From Carcharhinus amblyrhynchos (Eukaryota): a stretch of DNA of 64,000 bases. A program made the position numbers and the translations under genes. The stretch covers positions 109,306,001 through 109,370,000 of the forward strand of contig OZ336872.1 in NCBI GenBank assembly GCA_965287045.1, in the 5' to 3' direction. The notes beneath the pieces are model-generated. The model searched no databases. It saw only the letters and a list, made by a program, of their open reading frames with translations, and was not told the origin of the DNA. Below are positions 13,508 to 26,442 of this stretch, piece after piece; position 1 is the first letter of the stretch; each line of letters opens with the position of its first letter.

Positions 13508-14989
13508 AGTATGGCTTGCATTATATCATGCCACTGGATGGCCAAAGAGTTCTAGAGGTAATGGAATATTTTTTGAAGTGTTATCAATGTGGTCATTAAG
13601 GAAGTACAAGGATTATGCATAGTGTGCTGATATTTATCCCTCAATCAACATAACAGAACACAGGTTATCTGGACAATACAACATTGCTTTCTGTGTGAGT
13701 TTGATAAGTTTCTTACGATGACTACACTTCAAAATGTACTTCATCCAATGGTCATGAAAAGCACTATATACATGCAAGCCTTTCATTTCTCTTTACACAG
13801 AGTACAGGACAGCTGCATCTTCCACTTCCCTGTACATTCCCTGGTGGTGTTACTGGATGTTATTCTGAAGTGGCATAAAGTACCTCTAGAAATCCAGCAC
13901 AGAGCTATCTAAAGGTTGTATCAGTAAAAGTTACCACTGTACCTGCAACTTGTGTCAGCAGCCCTTTAATCTGAACTGGTTCAGAGCCCATTTGGAGCTC
14001 ACCTCAATCTTTGGTGAGCAACGCATGAATTCACAGATTGTTGGTGGTGGTAGAGGCAAACTCGCTGGGGTCTTTTAAAAGACTTCTGGATGAGTATATG
14101 GGATCTAATGGGATTGGGAGTTACAGATAGTTCTATGGCTTGGTGGGTATAGATGTGATCGGCGTAACTTGTGGGTCGAAGGGCCTGTTTGTGCCGTAGT
14201 GTTCTATGTTCTAAACTTCAAAACAATGTTTTTGGAAGTTGCTTTAGCTGCTTTGACTGCATGACATCAGGCTAACATCAAAGCAAGCTGTTTCAGCACA
14301 TGTAGACACCACATATACCCACACTTCTGTCCTCACACCACGCAAGTCATATAGGAAACAACAGGCGATGCGATCCATATCCAGCAAGTGGTGCAATCCT
14401 TCTGCGGTGCTGCTATATAAATTAATTTCTTGCTCATTGCCTGAAATGTCTTAGGTTTACAAACGAGCTTTTGTTTTTCATTGGAAAAAATGTAATCGTG
14501 TTTGAGTTACACTAAATGATTACCCAGCCATAAAGTTATTCGCCTATGCAAACTCATTCTTAAATGCAATTTACATCCAATGTTATTTCTTCAGTTTCAT
14601 GCTGCCCAACTTTGCTTTGAAAAATAATTTTCAATATAAATAAGAAGAGAGAATGCTGGAAAGACTCAGCAGAGAGAGAAACAGAGTTAATTTTTCAAAT
14701 TCATCAATTCTTTTACAGAACTGAAGAAAGGAGAAATGTGTTGGATTTTATACTGTATGAGATAAGTTGGAGCAAAGTAGAAGTTAGAGATAAATATCAC
14801 TCATGGTAAGTGGTTGTGATGGGAAGAATCACTTCATAGTTGTCTGTAAATTCAAGCTCTACCTCAGAGCAGTTGGCCTGCTTAACCAACAAAGTGTTGC
14901 AGTTGTTTCTGTTTATAACACAATCAATATCTCAGGCTTTACTGGCAAATCTCTTAACAAGTTACTTGCCACACTCTGATGAGTTGCAC

Positions 14990-15606
14990 ATTAAGTGGGA
15001 GCTCGGTGGGAATCGGGTACCTGGGCTGGAGGGTATTGCACGCAGCACTCCCATTCACCAAAGGTTGCACCCATTCATGGACTCTCAAGAAACCTGCCCT
15101 TTTTCTGTGGTTTGGTGGAGTCCGTGGACCATGTTAATATAGGATGTTTTAGACTGCACTTTTTAGTTTCTTAAAAAACCTTTGTTCAGTTTTGTTTGCA
15201 CTTCAGCCCCATGCCCCTGATCTAAGGGCACCCAGTGCAGAGAGGGGCGGGGAAGGAGGAACACATCCTCATGAACCCACTCCAGGGCCAGACCAAACTT
15301 ATCGTCAACAGGTCCAGGTAACGGGTGATCAAGGGGGTTGCCTGATCTGAATGTCTTTCCCCCTTTCACGGCTATATTTGTGGCTGGGTGACTCTGGGCA
15401 GAGAGCATGCAATGTCCATGGGTACCATCAAGGTCTTCTGTGCCCGTTAGGTGCCGCAGGGAATGAGGTGCATTATCAACCCTCTTAAGCATCTTTAGGT
15501 TTAATGTTTTAAGTTTGATTTGTGATTTGTTTTTGTTTCGGGCCCTTTGCCTTTGAGGGGCAGTTCTTTTTATTTTGTCCCTCAAGTTATTTAATTTAAT
15601 TTAATT
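14990..15606 (+). mobile_element. L1/Tx1-like 3' fragment
   Basis: gagagcatgcaatgtccatgggtaccatcaaggtcttctgtgcccgttaggtgccgcaggga resembles the Tx1 ORF2 C-terminus; T-rich 3'UTR and (ttaat)n end. Confidence 0.5.
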
Positions 15607-15880
15607 GTGTTGCACACAGGAGTGGAAACTAGGAGAGATTTGACAAAGATGTTTAGGGCACAAGATAAAAGGCGTATTAATGGGAATGTTCTCACACTTC
15701 TGAGACTAAGTGTGTGGCAGGTGATGGTGCCTTTTCCGCTGGCTAAAATGGTGGGATCCTGTATCAGATTCTACACTTGACACCTCATTAATTATAAGAA
15801 CAGCTGAATTTCTCATTGCATCACCTGACAGGCTCACAGCTGATTTGTCTGTCCTCTGTCAACTGTCAGATTTAAAGGTC

Positions 15881-16091
15881 ATGATGTGGGTATGCCGGCG
15901 TTGGACTGGCGTAAACACAGTAAAAAGTCTGACAACACCAGGTTTTAGTCCAACCTATTTGTTTGATAATATACTCGCAAGCTTTCGGGTTAGCCCCTTC
16001 GTCAGGTGACGAAGGGGCTAACCCGAAAGCTTGCGAGTATATTATCAAATAAATAGGTTGGACTAAAACCTGGTGTTGTCAGACTTTTTAC
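15881..16091 (-). mobile_element. Short Penelope-derived fold-back insertion (85-bp inverted arms)
   Basis: Arms 15920-16004 / 16007-16091 with one mismatch and a 2-nt loop; 13-bp TSD agatttaaaggtc (15868-15880, 16092-16104). Confidence 0.88.
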
Positions 16092-16904
16092 AGATTTAAA
16101 GGTCCCAGCACCATATTTAAACATCTGTCCATCATCACTCTCTCAAAAGATCTTCACCAGACTGTGCAGGATGTCAGCAACCCACAAGAAGAAGATGAGC
16201 AGCCTCAAGAAGTCTGTTCCCCGAATCAACCACTCTCCACCTGAACCCATCACCTGCATGGCACCCATGCCCACTTGGCCCTTTACCCATTGCATGTCGT
16301 GTCTTCATGAATCACTTTCCAGTAATTGATGTAGAATCTACTTGACCTCGCTGTTTGTAAAATTTTCAAGCAGACTTCATGAGGTCCAACTTTTCTTCCC
16401 TTGGTTTTTTTCTCTGCCTTCCTTTGTTTGTCTTTTTCATCCACCTCCTTACACTTCTGTCTACCATCATGAGCCATCGTCCTTTCCCCCCTCCCTTCCC
16501 CATCCCCTTGCACAGCCCTCCTTCCACATTGTCCCCTGATCTTCATCAGGAACAGCCAGCATTATGGCAGCCTGGCTTTGTTGCACTCATCTCAAAACCT
16601 CCTGTAAACTAAGGATTGCCTTATGCTTGAACGCTCTAGCAATCAGATTTTAGACTGATGTAGTTTCACGTTGGTGTGCTAGGAGTTTGAAAGACCTGAT
16701 GGGTCACTGGCGCGCAGTTGTTTTAATGAGCATTAAAGAGATGCAAACAAATACAAATGGCATTCACACAACAAACTAGCAGGAAGACCGACCCACTGTT
16801 AACCAGCATTTGAGAGAATTGCACAGTCATTTTATGCTGGCAGGTTTCTGACTTATTGGCTCCTGCTAGTTTCTCTGCTCCATCTGCCACCGAACCTGCT
16901 GGGG

Positions 16905-17712
16905 CGGGATGGAAGATGAGTTGCTGTCCCTCCAGTATGTATTGGCCTTCACTGGAACATTGCAGTGAGCCAAGGGCAGACATGTGGGTGTGAGAACGAA
17001 GTAGTGACTTAAAATGAGAGGTGACAGGAAGTTTGGGGCCATGTTTGCGGACTGAGTGAAGGTGCTCCACAAAGCGGTCATCTAGTCTGCATTTAGTTTT
17101 CCCATTGTAGAAGAGATTACATTGGGAGCAGTGAATACAGTAGACCAAATTGAAGGAGGTATATGTGAAATAATGTTTCGCCTGAAAGGAGTGTTTGGGA
17201 CTTTATACAGCGAGGAAGGATGAGGTGAGGTGCACCTTCTGCGATTGCAAGGGAAGGTGGCATGAGAAAGAGATAAGAAGTTGATGGTGATTAAGGAGTA
17301 GATTGGGACGTCACAGAAGAAATGGTCCCCATGGAATGCTGACAGGGAGCGTGAGGGAACAAAGTGTTTAGTGGTGGCATCATGCTGGAGTTGGCGGAAA
17401 TTGTGGAGGATGATTCTCTGACTGCAGAAACTGGTGGGTGAAAGGCGAGAACAAAAGGGATCCTATCATGGTTCTGGGAGGGAAGGGAAGGGATGAGGGC
17501 TGAGATACAGGAGATAGACTGGGTACAGCTGAGTGGCCTGTCAACCAGAGTGGGAAGGATCCCTTGATTCAGGAAAAAAGAAGACATGTCAGAAGTGCTG
17601 TGGAAGTTAGCATCACTGGAGCAGAGGTGGAGAAACTGGGAGAATGGAATGGAATCCTTACAGTAAGGGGTGGTCTGAGGGATTATAGTCAAGATAGCTG
17701 TGGGAGTCAGTT
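16905..17712 (-). mobile_element. Penelope-like element RT C-terminus and GIY-YIG remnant (pLTR piece at ~14645-14800)
   Basis: MVYCIHCSQCNLFYNGKTKCRLDDRFVEHLHSV and CKDSIPFSQFLHLCSSD. Confidence 0.8.
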
Positions 17713-18301
17713 TCTTTTACTTTGAAAATAAAGTTTGGCTTTTTAGCTCTAATGCTAAAAAAAAAATTAATTGCATCTGTTTTCATCTCATTACAATGTG
17801 TTGTTGAGCAACCGCATTTCATGCTGTTGATTCTTTTTAAGCGCCTCAATTTGAGATTATTGAGCACAAGATTTATGATGCAAAGTATTTGGATGAGATA
17901 AATGTCTCAATAAAACACCGGTCATTAATTTTTTCATTTAAATTTCTTTGGAATAAATTAACTCTTGCAGATTACTTTTAAAGTAACTTAATTGCAGAAT
18001 AGCGTTCATGGGACAATGTGTTGCTACTTACAAATAGTCATTATAGAAAATAATGAACAAATGTGGATAAATAAATATATTTATCAGTCAGTTTGTAACT
18101 TGTTGATTCGAAAGGACAATTCAGAAGCCATTCACTCTTCTGTTATAAACCTGTGTATTACAAAAATAAATTCAAATGCAATGGAGAAGCTATTTAAATA
18201 TTTTTCGATGTGGGAGAACCATTGCACAGTTTATTATATTTTCATTTCTTCTCAGTTTCAGTTTCCCTATAAGCATTGGAATAATCCTTCCCCATTCAAT
18301 T

Positions 18302-18447
18302 CAAATAATGGCTGGATGATAAACTTTGAGATTTAGAATGTTTCTTTGTGGATGGGCATTGTTCAACAAGCGGTGGTGGGTCATGATCCACGGTCTACTG
18401 ATCAGAATCTTGCGATGGAAGGTAAACGTCGTCTTTATGTTTGCCAC
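18302..18447 (-). pseudogene. COPS7B: Decayed copy of the COPS7B terminal coding exon
   Basis: Aligns to 53997-54155 (VANIK..QDSDQ*TVDHDPPPLVEQCPSTKKHSKSQSLSSSH); acceptor AG changed to AC, internal deletion/frameshift, in-frame TAG. Confidence 0.88.
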
Positions 18448-18800
18448 GTTAAAATTAAAAAGCAGCCACCCAAATTCATGGTCCAGAATTCTCCCATGCC
18501 GCTTGCCACTGGAATTTTAGTGGGCAGATTGTGGGCAATGTGAAATGCCATTGACTGTCAGGGTGGAATTTCTGGCTTTTAGACTAGTGTGCTGTAGAAT
18601 TCTACCCATGCTATTCCTTTTAGCAGAACATTGAACTATGATGAAGCAAAAAGAGGCAAAATTGACCTGATTGTCATGCATCTCAATGTCATCACGCTTT
18701 CGGGCAATATTTTGGTCGGTGGGTTGGATGCGTGCCCGCTGACAATTAAGAAGCTAATTTAAATGACTTACACACCAGCTGATCTGGATTTTACCATTTT

Positions 18801-19122
18801 TAGAATCCATAGAGTCCTGCAGTGCAGATTGAGGCCATTTGGCCTATCCAGTCTGCACTGACCACAACCCCACCCAGACCCTAACCACGTAACCCCACAT
18901 ATTTACTCTTCTACTCCCCTGATGCTAAGGGCAATTTAGCATAGCCAATCCATCTAACCTGTACATCTTTGGAGTGCGGGAGGAAACCCAAGCACCAAGA
19001 GGAAACCCACACAGACACAGGGAGGACATGCAAACTCCAGATAGACAGTGACCTGAGGCCAGAATTGAACCCAGATCCCTGGTGTTCTGAGGCAGCAATG
19101 CTAACCACTGTGCCACAGTGCC
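18801..19122 (-). mobile_element. HE1-like SINE
   Basis: Full-length match to 407-735. Confidence 0.8.
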
Positions 19123-19399
19123 ATCACCAGTTGATGTATGGGCATTATGGGCAGGCAGCCAATCCGTTTTTATCAGTTTGTCATCCTAGGGTGGGATAAA
19201 AAGAGCATGAACAAAGACAGGCTGAGATTGTGGGAGCTCTTGACACTCTTAGACTATAGTTTTATGAACATATTACCTGCTTTCTTTTGAGGTTTGTGCA
19301 TCTTGTTTGGAGTTTTCAGGACATTCAGTCTTGTAACACCTCTCTGACATTTCCAACCCTTTGGCACCCTCAGTGCACAGGTAAATCCCATTTACATCT

Positions 19400-21200
19400 C
19401 TGCAGACGTGAACTGTGTATTCAGCAGGGAGCATCTTCTCTGAGGAGGAAGACAGGAGCCAAAGAGAGAGGAGACTAGGTGGTCACAGGCATCACCTCAG
19501 AGACCAGGTGCAGGCACAGGGTGTTTGCAGGTAGCAGTGATGGCAAGGAAGATGGCCCCTCAGAAAATGGAACTGGCCAGCTGTCAGGGTGTCCAGGCAG
19601 TGATCCAACTCTCTCGACATGACAGTGTCACAGGAGGCTCCAACATTCAAGGGAAGCCAGGTGATTGGGCTGGAGGTAGCCTCCAACTGTGTGGGTGGAT
19701 ACTCAATAACTGTGGCTCTGAAGGTCACGGTATCGTTTAACTGTTAACTGGAATTTTCTACAGGTCATGTTTGTGGAGCTGTACATAAATATGTTAAACT
19801 GGTGAACAGGCATGTGAGCCCATCTAGGCATCAGAGTATGGTGACTAGGGGATTTTCACAGTAACTTCATTGCAGTGTTAATGTAAGGCTACTTGTGACA
19901 CTAATAATGACCTAAATTTATTCATCCATTTCATAAGAACATAAGAAATAGGAGCAGGAGTAGGCCATCTAGCCCTTCGAGCCTGCCCCGCCACTCAATA
20001 AGATCATGGCTGATCTGTTGTGGCTCAGTTCCACATTCCCGCCCTTTCCCCATAACCCTTAATCCCCTCACTTATCAAAAACCCATCAACCCGCTTCTTA
20101 AAAATATTTAGCGAGGCAGCCTTCACCACTTCAACGGGCAGAGAATTCCAGAGATTCACCACCCTTTGAGTGAAGAAGTTCCTCCTCAACTCCGTTCTAA
20201 ACCACCCCCCCTTTATCTTGAGGCTGTGCCCCCTAGTCCTACTGTCCTTTCTGAGTGGGAAATTTCATAGCGAGGGGGATTGAATATAAAAGTAGGGAGG
20301 CCTTGCTGCGGCTGTATAGGGCATTGGTGAGGCCGCAGCTGGAGTACTGTGTGCAGTTTTGGTCGCCGTACTTACACAAGGATATTTTGGCCTTGGAGGG
20401 AGTGCAGAGGAGGTTTACTAGGCTGATACCGGAGTTGAGGGGGTTGAGCTATGAGGAGAGGCTGAATAAACTAGGCTTGTCAGAACAGAACAAGCCAGTA
20501 GGGCTGAGTTGTCCAGAGGCGTTGTGGCTCACAGGATTCCCCTACATCCAGGGTGCTATTGATTGCATCCCTGTGGTCATCAAGACGCCAGTCGACCAGC
20601 CGGGCATCATTGTTAATAGGAAAGCGTATCACTCCGTGGACATTCAAATCATGTGCAAACACAGAACCCAGATTCTACAGGTTTGTGCGAGACACCCTCG
20701 CAGCTCTCACGATCCTACATACTGAGACACTCACGTGTAAGGTTGTTCATGGCTCCAACTCACCTCAATGAATAGTTGCTGGGTCACAAAGGATATTCCT
20801 TGAAAAGGTGGCTGATGAAGCCACTCAGGCACCTAAGGGCAGAGGACAGATACAATCACTGTCATGTCTCCACAAGGGAGGTGGTTGAAAGGACAATAGG
20901 TCTGCTAAAATACGACTGCTCCAGGGGTGCCCTGCAGTATTCGCCACAGCGAGTTTGCTTACCGTGGTTGTCTGCTATGTTCTACAATATCTTGTTCTCT
21001 CCAGAGAGGAACTGCTGGACCAAGTGGACACTAAGGCAGGTACACTCACCTCAGAGAGGAATCCAAAGAAGACTCAGATGCAAAGCCCATACAGACACGT
21101 GGCAAAAATGAGCAGCTAGAAATGAGGAACCTTCAGGGAGGCACAGACACCAGGGAGTCCTTGATTCAGGGTTCCTTCATCTGGACTGCCAAGGCTTGCC
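19400..21200 (+). mobile_element. PIF/Harbinger transposase remnant
   Basis: GFPYIQGAIDC, NRKAYHSVDIQ, HPRSSHD, LGHKGYSLKRWLMKP, STREVVERTIGLLK: HARBI1-like DDE motifs, frameshifted. Confidence 0.85.
19932..20480. mobile_element. Young CR1 insertion with 5' inversion
   Basis: 3' tail segment on minus (19932-20261) joined to an upstream RT segment on plus (20264-20480); both near-identical to 32050-33150. Confidence 0.85.
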
Positions 21201-22189
21201 TTCCATCTCAGTCCAAGGGCACTATGAGAAAACACTGCCTCAGTAATAAAGTTTGCTGCCCCAATCTTTTTTTAATCAGGATTGATGGTGCCAAAACCCC
21301 TCAAATATTCAGGACACTGAGGGATTGTGAGCAAAGTAGTCATTTATCTTTTGATATTTAAGGGAAACAAAAGAAAGTATACAATCTTAACTGATAAATA
21401 CATGTGTGATATTGATAAAAAAGCAGAAGCCACTTGTGCAAACCCTTTGCTGTGCTACTTTGCCATAAGCTTATGTTTGCGGGTGCTACATCTTGATGCT
21501 GCCCTCTTTCCCCACTTTGCTGACAGAGGTTTTAGAGGCAGGCTGCTGATTGTGGTGTCTAGTTGGCCCTGATGACCTCTATTTGGCCATTGGGGTCTGA
21601 GCAGCTTCTGCCTGAGAGGGTGCACACAGTAGCATGGCTGGGCATCTCTCAATGAGCACGGACTCTGAAGATGGCAGGATGATTGAAAGAGAGGTGGAGG
21701 AGTTGCTCTCTTTGTCCAGGGTGCCATGAGAGGAGTCAACAAAGATGATAGTTGTCTGCCAATGTGAAGTATGTTTGTACCTTGCTGTTCACCACTGATG
21801 GATGTGCACCTATCTGAGGGACTGGGTACCACATCCATCTACCACACTGGCAGTGACCTCCTCAGGTCATAGCCTCGGCTCACAGGTCTAATTGTATCCA
21901 ACAAAGATCTGAAATATTTATCATCTTTTACGAGTGACTGGTGCAAAATAGGACTTGGGGAAAACTTGCATGTGATCTATTTTTCTAATATAGCTCCTTC
22001 ATTGTAATAATATCTTCATCATATTGATTAAACTCTGTGAGCTTAATGTAGGATTCTGTCGAACAACAGTATAGTGAGGGTGTGCAGGTCTGAGTGCAAC
22101 CCCTGTCATGTTCAAGTCCCTGCTATCTTTCCCCTCTGTTGAGTTCCCCTCATTGTCGAATTGTCATCAGCCACCATCAGTGATTGAAC

Positions 22190-24100
22190 TGTTGGGTGTT
22201 AAAGATGGTGACAGCAGAGATGGTGGGTGCATTAGTTACGCTATTCCAAAATTTCCTGGATTCTGGAAAGGCATGGACTGGAAGCATGCAAATGTGCCCT
22301 TCAAGAAAGGAGAGAGGCAAAAGGTGGGAAACTTTTGACCAGTCAGCTTGGTCTCTGTGGCGGGAGAGTTGCTGGAGTCAATCGTTAAGGAGAAGGTAAC
22401 TGAGCATCTGAAAAAGCAAAGCTCAATTCACTAGTGTCAACAAAGTTTTGTGAAGGGCAAGTCTTGTTTGACAAACCTGCTGGAATTCTTTGAGGATGTA
22501 ACCAGCATGGTAGATAATGGGGATCCTGTGGGTGTGAGCTATTGGGACATCCAGAAGGCATTTGATAAGGTGCTACACAAAAGACAGATTCAGAAGGTTA
22601 GATCCCAAGAGGTTAGGGATAGAATAGTAGCTTGGATTGAGGATTGGCTGACTGATAGAAAGCAGAGGTTTGGGATAAATGGGTCCTACTTTAGTTGCCA
22701 ATCTGTAACTAGTGAGGTCCTACAGGGTTCAGTTCTCGGACTACAACTATTTACAATCTATATCAATGATCTACAAGCAGGGACAGTGTGTAGCATAGCA
22801 TAATTTGCCGATGACACCAAAATAGGTGGGAAGGCTGTGATGAGGAGATAAGAAGTTCACAAATGGATACTAACAGGCGAGGGGAATGGGGAATGGGCCA
22901 GAATCTGCAGATGGAGTTTAATGCGGATAAATCCATAGAATTCCCACAGTGCAGAAGAAGGCCATTCAGCCCGTAGAGTCTGCATCGACCACAATCCCAC
23001 GCAGGTCCTATTCCCGTAACCCCACATATTAACCCTGCTAATCCCCCTGACCCTAAGGTCAATTTAGAATGGCCAATCAACCTAACCCACACATTTTTGG
23101 ACTGTGGGAGGAAACTTGGAGGGAGCCTATGCAGACACAGAGAAAACGTGCAAACTCTACACAGACAGTGGCCCGAGGCCGGAATTGAACCCAGGTCTCT
23201 GGAGCTGTGATGCAGCAGTGGTAACTTCTGTGCCACTGTGCTGCCCCTGTGAGGTGATCCATTTTGGCTGAAAAAAAAATAGGGGAGCAAATTACTATTT
23301 AAATGGGAAACAGATTCAAAAGGCATCTATGCAGAGGCTCTGGGTGTCTTTGTGCATGAACCTTAGAAAGTGGGTATGCAGGTGCAGAATGTTATAAGAA
23401 AGGCAAATGGAATCTTGACTCTTATTGAAGAAAGTCTAGAGTATAAAAGTGAAGAGGTTATTAAAATTATATAAGGCACTGGTGAAACCACACTTGGAAT
23501 ATTGTGTTCAGTTTTGTTGCCTTCTTTGAGGAAAGATGTGGTGGAACTAGAGGTAGTTCAGAAGAGGTTCACTAGATTGATTCCAGATTTGAAGGGGCTG
23601 TCATAGGAGTGGTTGAGTAGCTTGGACTTATACACATGGAGTATAGAAGAATGATGGGGATTTGATTGAGATATATAAAATGCTCAAGGGGATTGATAAA
23701 GTAAAAGTTAACCAAATGCTCCCCCCTTCTAGAACAGCATTGGACAAGAGTTCAAAGTTGTAGAGTAAGAGGGGACAGGTTTAAGACAGCAAAAAGACAA
23801 GGCAATGACCGAAGAAGAAAATTTGAAGTTGAAGGAGCCTCAATTAATTACATATCGCCTCAGCACTTTAGAGCAGACAGAGGAGCAAGTTTACTTCTCA
23901 TAGAGGGTTGTGAAACTATGGAACTCACTACCCCAGATTGCAGTGGATGCAGAACCAATCAATGGATTCAAGAAAGAGTTAGATAAATATTTGATCAAAA
24001 GTGGGATAAAGGGCTATGGGGAAAAGGGAGGTAAGTAGAGTTAGGACGAGACGGAGATCAACCATTATCATATAGAATGGTGGAGGGCCGAATTGCCTAC
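22190..24100 (+). mobile_element. Degenerate CR1 RT, with an HE1-like SINE inserted at 22933-23247 (-)
   Basis: KGKSCLTNLLEFFEDVT, DIQKAFDKV, QGSVLGLQLFTIYINDL. Confidence 0.88.
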
Positions 24101-26442
24101 TCTCGCTTCATTAGACCAGCAAGGAAACATTTTTCCCTTCAAAAGAAAACACCCAGAAGCTTTACTCACCCGCCTTCCTTTACCAATACTCAAATAATTC
24201 TCTGAACAACCTTGAACCATATTTTCCTTTATTACTGATTCTAAAGGAGCATGTATCATCTGGAATAGTTACAGTTTTAATAGACATTTATTTTTCAGGT
24301 GCTCCTTTCCTGTTACTACAACCGGTTTCCTATTTAGTTTCTAACAATCTGCCTGAATAGGTCCTATTTTGTTACAATGGAAACACTCATGCCTCTGAAT
24401 GTTAGTTCCACCTTCCGTACCTTCCCTTCTGAGCTGAGGTGAAATTTCCTGATCATTCCCAACTGTTTTTTCTCTTCCCTAACTGTTTATTTCCTTTCTC
24501 CATCCCACCTTCTATCTTTCTCAGTTTTGAAAGGATGCTGGAAAAAAGACTTGGGTTCTTTAGATCCGTTCAGGATCATCTAGTTCTGTTGCCTGTCTGA
24601 CAGTTTTAACTTTGTGTTCCTCTTCACGAATTCTAATAACGAAAGGAAGTGAAACTTCAAATTCTTCATAAAGAATCACCTCTCTAAGGGCTTTGTATGT
24701 TCCTGCTACGACTGATGCCCATATTCAATGGTCAAAATGACTTTGCTTTACTCTCAGTGATTCGATATAGGTTTGACCAGGCTGTTTTCTTGAAATTTTG
24801 AAAGTTGCCATAGTCCCACCATAACTGCTCTTCCCACGTGCTTTCAGAAATCTACAGCTGGAGCATAGTGTCTGGCCTTATGATTACTTTTTCTAAAACT
24901 CTGGTTAGGTTAGCTTTTGCCTTTCAGTTGGAACCTAGACCAGGAAACTGAAATTCTCCATTCTCTGTGGGTTACTGCACATTCAATTGGGACTACGATG
25001 TTGTGGCCATTACGGAGACATGATTAGAACAGGGACGGGAACGGTTGTTGGCAGTTCTGGGATATAGATGTTTCATCTGGGATATAGATGCCCTGCGGCC
25101 TATGATGTCCTGGGCAAGTGTCCCCTGAAGGACTGGGACCACAAGGCCTCCAACCGGCTTTCCAGCGTCACAGATGTATGAACCGCTCTGTTCATCCCAC
25201 TGCCCTTGAGACGCATCAGGGTACAAAAAGGGAGTCAGAAGCCTTAGTCTCCCTAGCGCAAGGCCCAGCGTGGTCTGCAACCCCTCCTCCTCCCTTGGAG
25301 TGGCAGTGGGCCCATTGGTCGCTCCATGGGACACATTCTGCAGCCCCTCAGCCTTGCCCTGCTGTGAGTGGATCACAATCTCAAGAGCTGCAGCCGTACC
25401 CCGCTGTGTCTTGGCACCGTCCCAGTGGGTCCCCTGAAACCTCTCGAGGCCCTCAGCCATGGCCCTCAGAATCCCAATAAGGCTGTCAAGCGGATAGTGG
25501 GAGACAGCCATCATGGACTTGGGGGAGTGGGAGACACTCCTGAGGCAATGTGTGGGAATGCAATGGGAGGGTGGGAAGGTGGAGGGAGGGTGGTGGAGTG
25601 GGGGGAAGGTGGAGGGAGTGTGGCTCACTGTGCAATCAGGGAAGGGGGTGTGATGATCACTCTGCAATCAGGGAGAGGGGGCCACAAGAGGGAGGGTTTG
25701 TGAGGAGGCACGCTGGGGGTGGGGGTCCATGAAAGAAGGTCGAGAATGTGGGGGAAGAGTCCCAATGTCCATGGCGGGGAGGGGGGTGAGGGAGACTGTG
25801 TCTGCAGGTGTGGTGGTGGGGTGGGAGGGCGCTGCTGTTTTGCTGCTTGCACATGCACAAGTGGAGCCTCTGACCTGAGCTGCCGGCTCTCAGGCCATTT
25901 AAGCCCTACCCCTTCTCCCTACAAGCCAGAAACTGTAGGAAAGATCTTTTTCTTGCTCCAGGAGCATAAGATCACAGATTTGGACTCGCCAAAGAAATCA
26001 AAGTCTTGATAAGACAGTTCAGCTGCAGCTCCTGTTTTCACCCTCATTCTGGATTTTCCTCATGAGATTGCCCAAGATGTATCCCAGCCTTGGGAATAGC
26101 TGGAAAATTTGCATTCTGAGTTACACCTGGACACAATCTACATGCTACAGTTCAGAAATGTAACTATTTCAAAATAGTCGGAACCTGTCTCAATGTGAAT
26201 AAAACCTTTAAGTTTCCACATTGTAATCACAGTTTTAAATAATTTGAATCTGGGCAAATCCTGGATTTCTTTCCCCTGAATTGGGTATGTGGCTGGAGCT
26301 GCTGTTTCCATGTAGCAGACATCAAGAGTGAATTTCCGAAGGGATACAATCAGCGACAACAGGAGAAAGTTCCTCATGCTTGAGTTAAATTACCAGCAAA
26401 ATGAATCAAGCAAATTTGTGCAATTTTGCAGCGAATATTCAC

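Larger units (their letters stand above)
9000..22141 (-). repeat. Old segmental duplicate of the COPS7B last exon and 3' flank (source ~50150-54448), expanded by TE insertions
   Basis: Collinear matching blocks: 9000-9190~50150-50290, 10560-12360~50300-52370, 13520-14640~52490-53395, 17720-18480~53385-54180, 22104-22141~54411-54448. Confidence 0.9.

Noticed and set aside
20255-20725. Apparent RT-transposase fusion ORF
   Set aside because: Chance in-frame junction of an inverted CR1 piece with a dead Harbinger transposase.
24993-26009. Cluster of long overlapping ORFs (up to 224 aa), also at 35511-36773
   Set aside because: GC-rich transposon-derived sequence, probably Harbinger; frames are not conserved between the two duplicate units.
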